Source of the DNA: Macrostomum lignano
Lineage: Eukaryota
Direction: 5' to 3'
DNA: 64,000 nt
NCBI GenBank assembly: GCA_002269645.1
Contig: NIVC01000563.1
Location: 62,001-126,000 of the forward strand
Under the pieces are notes generated by a model. The model had not been told where the DNA came from, did not search any database, and was given only the letters and a program-made list of their open reading frames with translations. Each line of letters starts with the position of its first letter. Within the stretch, counting starts at the first letter, position 1. Position numbers and translations under genes: made by a program. This document shows, piece by piece, positions 1-10,868 of the stretch.

Positions 1-160
1 GTGCTGACAGGAGGTGCTGACAGGGTAGAGACAGGTTCTGACAGGGCAGAGACAGGTGCTGACAGGAGGTGCTGACAGGGTAGAGACAGGTGCTGACAGG
101 GCAGAGACAGGTACTGACAGGGTAGAGACAGGTGCTGACAGGGTAGAGACAGGTGCTGAC
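1..160. repeat. Minisatellite, ~21-bp core (gtgctgacagggtagagacag), truncated by the window start
   Basis: Tandem copies are directly visible; the listed ORF start at 153 lies in the repeat. Confidence 0.9.
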
Positions 161-203
161 ATGGCATGCGACTGAACCGCCACCTGCACACAATTATCAG
201 GCT

Positions 204-659
204 ATGGCGGACCGCCTGACGGAGCTGCAGGACGCGGTGAACTCGCAGGCGGACAATCTGTACAATGCGCTGGGCATTCTGCTCCAGACCGCCCAGCCGT
301 CGCCGTTTCCCGGCGTTGGCGGAGCGAATCGAACTGGCGCAGCGGCCGGCAATCCGGCGCCAGGCGGTGTGGATCACGCCAGATTCTTTGCCGAGCAGAT
401 CACTCGAACAGCGCAGACTATCGTGGCCCTAATTGACTCCCTGCCGGGACCAGAGGCCTACAGAGCCGATTCGAATAGTAAGCGAATGGCCGAACTTGAA
501 GAAGAGAATCATCGCCTCGGTCGGCGTCTGATTGAAGTTGTCGATCAGCTGGAAGCTCGACTGCGTCGGGTTCGGGCTTGCCTAACCGACATTGCTCAGG
601 TGCAGTTGCGATGCGGCGCTATGGAGTCTGCGCTGCTGCTCCATCAGGAGTACAATTGA
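204..659 (+). CDS. MED21: Mediator subunit 21, single exon, 151 aa
   Basis: From ATG 204: MADRLTELQDAVNSQADNLYNALGILLQ...FAEQITRTAQTIVALIDSLPG...MAELEEENH matches the Med21/Srb7 pattern (MADRLTQLQD...LIDSLP). Confidence 0.93.
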   Translation: MADRLTELQDAVNSQADNLYNALGILLQTAQPSPFPGVGGANRTGAAAGNPAPGGVDHARFFAEQITRTAQTIVALIDSLPGPEAYRADSNSKRMAELEEENHRLGRRLIEVVDQLEARLRRVRACLTDIAQVQLRCGAMESALLLHQEYN

Positions 660-1191
660 TGAGCCGGTGTCTGGTTGAAATTTCACTGCTTTTATTATGG
701 TTCTATACACTGAGCTTCAAAATTGTTATCTCCACTCTCCTCTCCTCTCCCCCTGTTCTAAAGGTTCATCAAGAAACTTCTGTAAGTACCTCGATCTACG
801 AGAAAACCTGAAGGCCCCTTTAAAGCTGGCCTTTGTAGATACCTAGGCCTGAACGCTCCTTCTGAAGCATCTAAAGGGTGTCTCTAGAATCCAAAGGTTA
901 CTTACAACTTTCCAGCGTCATATAATCAATCAGTTTAGCAGTGAGCGAATACTTATGCTGAATTATGTTGTTATTTCCATCCGTTCCTCACGACCTTTTG
1001 AATGAATGTTGGCTCGTTTCATTCGTATTGCAAAGTAGCTTTGATTCATTTTAGCATTTTGTAAATTGTGTCTGACTAGTTAAATATATGCCAATATGCC
1101 GGCTTTTTCTGTACTTTTATACTTTCCTGTCCTTGTTATTCTATCTGTAACGAGGCACTTATTTACGTAACTAGTACATAGGTTAGGTTAG

Positions 1192-1790
1192 ATTTGTGAC
1201 TCAATCATAGGTTAGAGTGGCGACTCAATCATAGGCTAGAGTGGTGACTCAATCATAGGTTAGAGTGGTGACTCAATCATAGGTTAGAGTGGTGACTCAA
1301 TCATAGGTTAGAGTGGTGACTCAGTCATAGGTTAGAGTGGTGACTCAATCATAGGTTAGAGTGGTGACTCAATCATAGGTTAGAGTGGTGACTCAATCAT
1401 AGGTTAGAGTGGCGACTCAATCATAGGCTAGAGTGGTGACTCAATCATAGGTTAGAGTGGTGGCTCAATCATAGGTTAGAGTGATGACTCAATCATAGGT
1501 TAGAGTGGTGACTCAATCATAGGTTAGAGTGGTGACTCAATCATAGGTTAGAGTGGTGACTCAATCATAGGTTAGAGTGGCGACTCAATCATAGGCTAGA
1601 GTGGTGACTCAATCATAGGTTAGAGTGGTGACTCAATCATAGGTTAGAGTGATGACTCAATCATAGGTTAGAGTGATGACTCAATCATAGGTTAGAGTGG
1701 TGACTCAATCATAGGTTAGAGTGATGACTCAATCATAGGTTAGAGTGGCGACTCAATCATAGGCTAGAGTGGCGACTCAACTATAGGCTC
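1192..1790. repeat. 24-bp minisatellite (ggttagagtggtgactcaatcata), ~25 units
   Basis: Direct tandem array; I count 19 units with a perfect TGACTCA. Confidence 0.95.
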
Positions 1791-1887
1791 AGTTTTGTCT
1801 ATTTAAATAGCGTTTGATTTTTGCCTGATTTTGTTATCCCTGTCATCAACAGTCGCTCGCTCCTACTTTCAGTAGAACAGCCAGATC

Positions 1888-2706
1888 ATGTACGGCCCCG
1901 AACCGCCGCCTGAATTTGTCGACCAGCCGCTTAGTCCACCATCCAGCTCGAAGTCGTCCTCGAAACCGGCCGCCGGCGAATCGTCCGAGGCCACCCCGGC
2001 CGGCCTGGTCATCGGCCCGCTGCCGTCCGAGCATCGCATTCTAGACGAGTTGCGCCACGCGCCTCGATTTCAAGCGGCAGCGGCGCCAAACGAGCGCCAG
2101 GAAAAGCGGAGTGGCGCCGCCAGAGAAGAATGGATGTTAGTTCCGCCGGAAACGCTGGCCCCGTCGCTAATGACAGCCGGACGGAAACGGCCGGCCGGCC
2201 AGCCGGACAAGTCCTGGACTCGAATCGGCGATGGAGACGAGGAAGCCGAAGCGGCGCCGGCGGAGGACGCGCAGGCGGCCGCTGAACGGAGACAGCAGGC
2301 CGCTCTGGAGATGCAGGGCGCCCGCCTGCACGACGCCGAGATGGAGCGGCTGGCGGCGGCCGTCGGGCCGGGGGGCGGCTCCCAGCGGCAGCAGTCGCTG
2401 CTGCAGCAGCACAGAGAGCAGCTGGAGCTGGAGCAGCGTCAGCGCGAGGAGAAGAAAGCTAAGAAACGGAAAAAAGAGGAGAAGAAAAAGAAAAAAGACA
2501 AGAAGAAGAAGTCTAAAAAGAAACGGAGTAGAAAGTCGTCCTCGTCGTCTTCAGACAGTTCGTCCGGCCCTAGCCGGGTGCCGTTCAACCGGGACACGGA
2601 CATGGTTGTCAAAGGCCTGGACTCGAAGGTGAAGCAGAGCATTGTGGCCAAGTCGCAGGCCGGCATGGCCAGCAGGTTCAGTCATGGCGGTCAAAAGTAC
2701 CTGTAG
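1888..2706 (+). CDS. GPALPP1: GPALPP motifs-containing protein 1 (DUF3752 family), 272 aa, single exon
   Basis: YGPEPPP and IGPLP motifs, REEWMLVPP, Lys/Ser-rich tract, and C-terminal PFNRDTDM...SRFSHGGQKYL resembling the DUF3752 end (PFDRDKDL...RFSHG). Confidence 0.8.
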   Translation: MYGPEPPPEFVDQPLSPPSSSKSSSKPAAGESSEATPAGLVIGPLPSEHRILDELRHAPRFQAAAAPNERQEKRSGAAREEWMLVPPETLAPSLMTAGRKRPAGQPDKSWTRIGDGDEEAEAAPAEDAQAAAERRQQAALEMQGARLHDAEMERLAAAVGPGGGSQRQQSLLQQHREQLELEQRQREEKKAKKRKKEEKKKKKDKKKKSKKKRSRKSSSSSSDSSSGPSRVPFNRDTDMVVKGLDSKVKQSIVAKSQAGMASRFSHGGQKYL

Positions 2707-2972
2707 TTCTTTTAAAACTTTGCTTAATGTCACCGGGTTTGTACATATTGTAAATAATTAAGCTCAAATATACGAATTATAAGAGTCCTTGCATTTCTCA
2801 AGCCCATTCGGTGCGATTGGTACTGAATTATTGTCAACAATAAACAGGCACTTTCTGGTTTTTAACTACTAGATTTTTTCACTATTAATTAGCAAATATT
2901 CGCAAAACATCTCGGTATCCTAATAATAGAACGAAGCACGTCACCTAAAAACACCAGCTTCATTATTAGCCA

Positions 2973-4621
2973 TCTCTACATATAAAAATCAAAACTCTGT
3001 CTGTCTGTCTGTCTGTCTGTCTGTGGACAAATTACTTCGCTATGGACTCCCAAACCGCTCAACCAAATTACACCAAACTTTACACCCACCCTAAACTTAC
3101 TACGGAGAATGTCTTAGGCTACCTTAAAATTTCCTAAATTTGAGTCTTCCTACCTAAAAGTACAAAAAACTGCTCAAAATGCGCGATTTTTTCACTTAAT
3201 CCTCCATAGCGCCGCTCCACTTCTACCGATCCTCTTCAAATTTGACACAATCAATTTTCAACTATTTTGACACAATCGTGTAAAATTTCGAGTCTCAAAG
3301 TTAATCCTGAACGGCGCTGTGCACTTTTAAAGTTTGGCTGTTTTTTTCAGCGAGACAGCCACCCCAACCTCCGCCCGCCTGCCTTTCTTTCTTTCTTGGA
3401 TGAGGAAGATGGCAATCGATAAGACTAGCATAGTTGTCTGTGGTACAAAAAGCGATACGATGCAATCCTGATTCCTGAATTAGTCACACAAAATAGAATT
3501 TGTAACACTAAGTCCTATTTAAAGGCACTTTAAAATTCAAATGCCCCCAAAGAAAAGCGCATTGGGTCGTTTCACTGCTGCAGCTAGACGATGGAGATCT
3601 ACAAGGCAAAGCAATGCGGCTGAAGCAGGAACATCACATAGCACAGAGGAAGCAGACAACACAGGTAGCTCTGCCCAGGCCAGATCGAGTGCAAGTGCCT
3701 TAGGAGAACAAGCCCAGAAAAGAAGCCTTCGACCACCGACAAGATCATCGACATCAGCAGCCGGCGCCAGCACTTCCGATGGAACTGGAAGTACACAGGT
3801 TCCTCTCAGGGCTGCAAATTGGGAAGAAAGACGACGTGAACAAAAAAGACAGCAAACAGCCGAGGCACGACGCAATGAAACGACTGTTCAGACTCAGCAA
3901 CGACAGGAACGGGACAGAGATCAGACCGCAGAGGCACGACGCAATGAAACGACTGTCCAGACTCAGCAACGACAGGAGCGGGACAGAGATCAGACCGCAG
4001 AGGCACGACGCAATGAAACGACTGTCCAGACTCAGCAACGACAGGAGCGGGACAGAGATCAGTGTTTAGGTCTAGAAGAAAAGAACTAGAAGATTGATTT
4101 GCAAAGAAAGTTGGCAGAATAAAGCTTGGTACTTCTACTGTTAATTTGCAGTTTGAATACTAAAATGTTTTTTATCACTCCCCAAATATGTTATTGTTCC
4201 TTATCGGTTTTGCTGTTGTCCTGCATATTCACTCTGCTTAGTTTCTCTAGAATAGCCTACTTAAACAGTACAATTACTTTTCTTTTTTTACTTAGTCTTA
4301 GACAGCAACTGCTGTACAGCTTCTTTTTTGTTATGCTTGAAAGCTACGTATTAATCCCATCTCCTTTACTTAAAAATATTCAGACAGATTCTATACTGTC
4401 CTAATGCTGTAAGCGTTTGTGTAGTCTTAGTTTCTATTCTGTTCTGCTTTATTCTATTCTAGAAATATACTTTTTAATACACATTTATACCAAGTTTCGT
4501 TCACACCTCTATCCAACTATTAACAAGTTTTGAGTATGACTTTGGATTTTAAAATACATGCAAAAATGGTTCCGGGGATTCGAATTCCCCAGGTTCAAAA
4601 TCCGCGGGTTTCAACAGCTTG
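2973..4621 (+). mobile_element. Non-autonomous Helitron, copy 1
   Basis: Sits between A and T with no TSD. 5' TCTCTACATATAAAAATC followed by (CTGT)7; subterminal palindrome AAATCCGCGGGTTT (4598-4611) 10 nt before the 3' end CAGCTTG; duplicated at 12008-13655. Confidence 0.8.
3541..4089 (+). CDS. Truncated Helitron-encoded ORF (RepHel-like N-terminus) with three 23-aa repeats (TAEARRNETTVQTQQRQERDRDQ)
   Basis: MPPKK start and charged Q/R/E repeats are typical of RepHel N-termini; no Rep or helicase motifs remain. Confidence 0.55.
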   Translation: MPPKKSALGRFTAAARRWRSTRQSNAAEAGTSHSTEEADNTGSSAQARSSASALGEQAQKRSLRPPTRSSTSAAGASTSDGTGSTQVPLRAANWEERRREQKRQQTAEARRNETTVQTQQRQERDRDQTAEARRNETTVQTQQRQERDRDQTAEARRNETTVQTQQRQERDRDQCLGLEEKN

Positions 4622-5136
4622 TAGACTATAAATTTGCTCTGCTAGAATAATACATTCATTAGATAAGAAGTGGACCTCTTTTTGGCCATTTTCACAGGTA
4701 TAATTTGGTTTTGCAATCGAACGAACCAATTTGCGGAAAAAATGACCAAACGGTCCGCTTTTAAATGCACTATGAACAAACAAACACACAAATCGAGCTT
4801 TAGTATATTAGATTAGACTACAAGCTATAATCTTAGCGCAAGTGCGCAAAAGCGGCTCCAAGTGTCTGCCTGACTCGCTGTGCTGTATGCTGATATTAAC
4901 CTTAATTTGTTTACCAATTGTAAAGCGAGTTAGCTCGTACTCTTATCGTAGGCTATATTAAGCCAAAATCAAGCGATGCTCTGAAAAATGCAGCAAGCGG
5001 AAGACAGAATTCACATCCATGAGCTAGAAGGCTGCCATAGACTACGAGAAATTTTCGCCAGGAAACCAAGCTTTAGAATAGCCCAGCGAGATAGACAAGA
5101 GTTGCAAGTGATGTTTTATTATACACATGCGTAGGC

Positions 5137-8100
5137 ATGTCTATTCAGCACAGATCGAATGGCCATGGCAACCGAAATCAGCACCGACGCCAGAACAGGC
5201 AGCGTTCCCCATTGCCAGAATTCGGGTCCACTCTACACTATCTTCCCAGCGTGATGGACACTCTGTCTGTTGAGATGGGACACACGCCCGGCCATTTTCA
5301 ATCCGTGAAGAGCAGGATATGCCAGGTCTACCAACTGCTGGTTGGAGCGCTCAGCCGCCACGACCCGCTGCCTTGGCTGGTTCGCGACGCTATCGAGTCC
5401 GTAACTTTGGCGCCCCCATTCTTGACTGTGTCGCAGCCGCAACGACAATCGCTTCAGGCTAGGTACGAGCTACATGTAGTTATCAGATTTTTCAGGGAGT
5501 AATAGGGCTACTAATGGGTATTGATTCATAATGGTTTACGAGTAGTTTTTAAAATACCTGAAATTTCCTTCGCAATTCCTCCCAGGCCATCAGTTGCGAC
5601 CTGCATGTGTCTCAACAGCAGCGGCGCGAATTCTTGGGGCCATCCGCAGCAGCTCAGTGAAAAGCCGCGGCTTCAGAGCAAGAGCGACATTGACACCATC
5701 ACGGCTATGGACATCCCTTATACTCTGCGCCATTTCGACTGTGACATATCGGCTGCTGTCAACATCAGCGAAGGCACTTCGCGGCGCGTCACAGGCGGCG
5801 GAACTGGCGGCACAGTCAGCTTCTCGTTGTCGGAAGGTCGCACCACCTGCGCACGGAGTCGCGTCAGCTTTGAGAACTCGAAAAGCGACGCGCCTCAGCG
5901 AGCTGTCTGTCGCGCGATTGCCGAAGTCCTGGTGACTCGGCGGCTGACTTCGATTGTGCGTCGAGCAGCGAGGGCAGCAGCGACAGCCGGAGGCAACGGC
6001 AGTGTCTGTGAGACGAGCGGAACTCCTGCCGGCACATGTGAGTCATTTTGAAATTTATAATTGAATCATAGCAATACCTCTGTCCTCATGCTCATAGCAA
6101 TACCTCTGTCCTCATGCTCATAGCAATACCTCTGTCCTCATGCTCATAGCAATACCTCTGTCCTCATGCTCATAGCAATACCTCTGTCCTCATGCTCATA
6201 GCAATACCTCTGTCCTCATGCTCATAGCAATACCACTGTCCTCATGCTCATAGCAATACCTCTGTTCTCATGCTCATAGCAATACCTCTGTCCTCATGCT
6301 CATAGCAATACCTCTGTCCTCATGCTCATAGCAATGCCACTGTCCTCATGCTCATAGCAATACCGCTGTCCTCATGCTCATAGCGATGCCACTGTCCTCA
6401 TGCTCATAGCAATGCCTCTGTCCTCATGCTCATAGCAATACCTCTGTCCTCATGCTCATAGCAATACCTCTGTCCTCATGCTCATAGCAATACCGCTGTC
6501 CTCATGCTCATAGCGATGCCACTGTCCTCATGCTCATAGCAATGCCTCTGTCCTCATGCTCATAGCAATACCGCTGTCCTCATGCTCATAGCAATACCAC
6601 TGTTCTCATGCTCATAGCAATGCCACTGTCCTCATGCTCATAGCAATGCCACTGTCCTCATGCTCATAGCAATACCTCTGTCCTCATGCTCATAGCAATA
6701 CCACTGTCCTCATGCTCATAGCAATACCTCTGTCCTCATGCTCATAGCAATGCCACTGTCCTCATGCTCATTGCAATACCACTGTCCTCATGCTCATAGC
6801 AATACCACTGTCCTCATGCTCATAGCAATACCTCTGTCCTCATGCTCATAGCAATACCTCTGTCCTCATGCTCATAGCAATGCCACTGTCCTCATGCTCA
6901 TAGCAATGCCTCTGTCCTCATGCTCATAGAAATGCCTCTGTCCTCATGCTCAAAGCAATACCACTGTCCTCATGCTCATAGCAATGCCACTGTCCTCATG
7001 CTCATAGCAATACCTCTGTACTCATGCTCATAGCAATACCTCTGTCCTCATGCTCATAGCAATACCTTCCTCATGTCCTCATGCTCATAGCAATACCACT
7101 GTCCTCATGCTCATAGCAATGCCTCTGTCCTCATGCTCATAGCAATACCACTGTCCTCATGCTCATAGCAATGCCTCTGTCCTCATGCTCATAGCAATAC
7201 CACTGTTCTCATGCTCATAGCAATACCGCTGTCCTCATGCTCATAGCAATGCCTCTGTCCTCATGCTCATAGCAATACCGCTGTCCTCATGCTCATAGCA
7301 ATGCCACTGTCCTCATGCTCATAGCAATACCTCTGTCCTCATGCTCATAGCAATGCCACTGTCCTCATGCTCATAGCAATACCTCTGTCCTCATGCTCAT
7401 AGCAATGCCTCTGTCCTCATGCTCATAGCAATACCACTGTCCTCATGCTCATAGCAATGCCTCTGTCCTCATGCTCATAGCAATGCCACTGTCCTCATGC
7501 TCATAGCAATACCTCTGTCCTCATGCTCATAGCAATACCTCTGTCCTCATGCTCATCCGTTTCGACAGACGCACCACACAACAGTCTGGCATCCGCAGCC
7601 AGCAAAGCCGCAAGTTCAACCGCTTCATCTCGGACTTCTTCCCCGTCCGGCCTCCCAATGTTAAAATGCCACGTCTCGGACCGCGGCGGCGGCGGCAGAT
7701 GCAACGGTTCAAGGAGCTTGACCGCGCCGATTCCCCTGACAGCGGCTGGTGCAATGGACGGCAGCAACTCAAATCGGGCAACCAATACTCTGATGAGCAA
7801 CGGAGCGCCATCGTCGTTTGTGTCAATGGTGGCACCCTCGGAGTTTGGTGGATCTGCCAGCACCGTCGGCTACGGCGAAGCCGGTGAAGCAACTGGAGGC
7901 GTCGGAATCGGCCGCCTGTGCCCGAAGCACCTGGACCGATCGAGCGGCCCAGCGAGCGAATCCTCCTGCGCAGTCTGCGCTTCTCAGCACTTTTTGCACC
8001 GCCATTTGCAACGCTTAGCGCAGGAGTCTGGCGGAGTCGGGTTGGCCCGCCTTGAAGACGCTCTGTGCGATGCTTTGCACCTGCAGGAGCAGTGGCGCCG

Positions 8101-8413
8101 CAGTGTGCGCTGGGTGGCCACCTGCGTCAAAGACAACAGGCTGCCAGAGTCGATCCGGCCGCTGGTTCGCTGCGTTTGTACCGCCGAGACCAACTGCTGC
8201 GGCAGCTGCGAGGAAGGCGGCGTCCAAGATGACAAAGAAATGAGCCTGGGCCGTGGCGTCACCGTGAATCCTCAGATCATTATCAGCACCGATGGGCACT
8301 GCAGCGCACTGAAGTGCGGCAAGACGGGTGGCGGAGGCTTTAGAGGTGGCGGAGGCGGCGCAGCCAGGTGCTGCTGGGAGGCGCCACCCTCGATGCCCAG
8401 AGACGCAAAGTAG
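5137..8413 (+). CDS. Hypothetical protein, ~540 aa, join(5137..5462,5586..6037,7569..8413)
   Basis: Three GC-rich segments joined by GT-AG introns with matching phases (AG|gtacga...ccag|G; T|gtgagt...acag|AC); no family recognised; the true 5' start is uncertain. Confidence 0.6.
6064..7556. repeat. 26-bp minisatellite (tcatagcaatacctctgtcctcatgc), ~57 copies, filling intron 2 of the hypothetical gene
   Basis: Direct tandem array. Confidence 0.97.
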
Positions 8414-9450
8414 CTTCAGAATCGGTTTTGCTTGCTCCGTTGTTTATACTGAGTTTGCTGCATTTTTCTTACAAGTCGGCGCTGTCCCGTCCTGTCAGCG
8501 CGGCGGCCCAGCAATTATTGCAATGTTTTGAGCAATTGAATTCCGTATACCCAAAAAACGCATTCTTATTTATGAGACTGGGTTGCTATTTTATTATTTA
8601 TTAAAGCAGCGCAGCTTCTGTAGATGGACCATTGCGCTACAACGGACCCTGGATCTAGGCACGCCATCGTTTTTTCCAAATAGTAACCACTCTGTTTTAG
8701 CCCGCACTCTTTTCTTATTACCTTTTGTTTTTTTAATTTGCTTTCTAAAAAAATCTGTTGCCGCCAAAGCAACTACTTATTACTACTCGCGCACACAATA
8801 CCATGTACTTTACACTTACTTACAGTAATTACTGCCAAAACTGGACCATTTTAAGTTTCACTTTTCTATATTGCGCACCGTCAGTCCCTACTCGGCAGTG
8901 CGATATTCAACCAAGGACTTCTTAGAAACGGCTAGGCTAGACTAGGAAGTTTTCCTCACCGTCTGGACCTACGAACTGCAAACGTACAGTTGTATTTTCT
9001 AAAGAGATTTCGCTTTTGCATAGCGCTACATGGGGTTTTTGCCATAGACAAATTTGGTCGAGCGTGTACACTGGGCGACCTCGACACTCTTTGGAAACAG
9101 CCGGATTTTCAGTTGAGAAAAAGCCTTGCTTGATTGCCCGTCCATAACAATGGACCTTGGACAAAAAGCACATGCTTGGTTCATTTGGAATTCAAAAGTC
9201 CAACACGGGAGATATTGGAAATTCAGCGTTCTCTCAGCTCAGAAAGCTCTCAGCTTCAAATTCAAATTCAAAGTTAGTCGTGAATTTCCGCCATAAACAA
9301 AGCAGGTTGAAAAGAAATTTTCAGAACTAAGCTTGGAAGGCATATAAAAAAGTTCTATTAAATAATATAGATCTACGGTACTCGTAGAATATTCGGCCCA
9401 GTATCATCAATTCAAGATCTGAATTCGACCGCCCAGCTGCAACAGTTGCC

Positions 9451-10140
9451 ATGATCGAAGAGTTAACCAACAAGAACTTTCGCTCTGTGATTGGTCAGCC
9501 AAACAGGTTTGTAATTCGGGCAGGGACTGAGCCTGTGCTTCCAGTGTAATCGGGCAGGGACTGAGAGTTGTGCTTCCAGTGTACTCAGGCAGGGACTGAG
9601 AGTTGTGCTTCCAGTGTAATCGGGCAGGGACTGAGAGTTGTGCTTCCAGTGTACTCGGGCAGGGACTGAGAGTTGTGCTTCCAGTGTAATCGGGCAGGGA
9701 CTGAGAGTTGTGCTTCCAGTGTACTCGGGCAGGAACTGAGAGTCCAAAGCTTCCCTGTAGACTAACTAATTCCAAACTGCAGGAGTGTGCTGGTCAAGTA
9801 CTACCACCCAAAGTGTGCCGCTTGTCGACCAGCAGGCCAGGCCTTCCGCGACAGCGCCCAAGCATTCAGTGGGCGCCGCGACCAGCTGGCCTTCTGCGCC
9901 ATGGACGTCAGCGCGAACGCCTGTCCAGCCGGAATCTACGTTCCTGGCACGCCGTACATTCAGCTGTACATTCGCGGGGACACGCGGAGGCGCACGTATC
10001 TGGGCGAGCTCGACTCGAACGAGATTAATCGCTTCATCGAGGCTGAGATCGGTCTGACGACCTCCGACTCTGCTGCGGCTAATCTTGTGGCTAATGCTGG
10101 AGTTAATGCTGTGGCTAATGCTGCTGCCCCTTCAACCTGA
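9451..10140 (+). CDS. Single-domain thioredoxin/PDI-like protein with CAAC active site, join(9451..9506,9783..10140), 137 aa
   Basis: Spliced product MIEELTNKNFRSVIGQPNRSVLVKYYHPKCAACR...FCAMDVSAN...VPGTPYIQLY...Y.GELD..EINRFI has the thioredoxin fold pattern including the cis-Pro loop (GTP); splice phases match. Confidence 0.85.
9509..9745. repeat. 35-bp minisatellite in the thioredoxin intron, ~6 copies
   Basis: gtaatcgggcagggactgagagttgtgcttccagt repeated in tandem. Confidence 0.9.
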
Positions 10141-10370
10141 TTGAATAGTTAAGATTTATAAGACACAAGAGATCATCTATCGATTTATTTTTGTCTCATT
10201 TCGAACAAAAGTTTTTTCATTTTTTGTTGAATATCTAAATTATACAGTGTAAGCATGTCCGCTCTCGCATGCATCTGTCTCAGGCGAGAGACAGATTGTG
10301 GCTTACTAGCAAAGTGTTCTAAAATTAATTTGATACTTCGTACATCTAGATGTACGCATATGGTTTCTTA

Positions 10371-10640
10371 GGGGGGCCGTAGCCCAGTGGTCTAGCGCGT
10401 CGCTCTGATATGCCAGCGGCCCAGGCTCGATTCCAAGTGCAGTCACATTAATTTGGGGCTAAATTGGAATCTCGGCTTGGCTCTGCTCGTGCAATTAACG
10501 GCCTTGAGAGCCAACTCCCAAGGCGCAGTGAAGTGTACATGCCTAACGATAAAAATAAAGTTAGGGCCGCTGTACACTCCTGTGTGAGTGTGTGCCTGCG
10601 TACGTATCCGCGCGCTTGTGTGCAGTAATGGAATGGGCAG
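10371..10640 (+). mobile_element. tRNA-derived SINE, family A, copy 1
   Basis: GGGGGGCCG start, A box TAGCCCAGTGG (10380-10390), B-box-like GGCTCGATTCC (10424-10434); body shared with 62976-63270 and 48934-49095. Confidence 0.8.
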
Positions 10641-10868
10641 CAATGCCTCTCGCCGGTTGTGTGACAATGTCGCTTAAAGTGCGCCAGGGTGCACACAGCC
10701 CCTGCCTCTAATCTAAAAATATGGCTTCTTATCAGTTAAGGTTTGGGGCCTATTTTGAAGTTTCTCACGTAAAAAACTGTGTTAGAGCTTGCAACTCGGG
10801 GCTATGCAAGATCTGACAAGCACACCAGCAAGTACTGAAGTTCTTCAGTACACACATCTGCGCCATCC

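Noticed and set aside
5521-5585. Listed 5' starts of ORFs 5521, 7523, 9787, 13854, 26451, 40616, 41603-43126 and 51354
   Set aside because: They begin in introns/UTR or mid-exon; splice-aware models fit better
10723-10740. cttcttatcagtt resembles part of U2 snRNA
   Set aside because: Only ~12 nt match; the flanking U2 sequence and Sm site are absent
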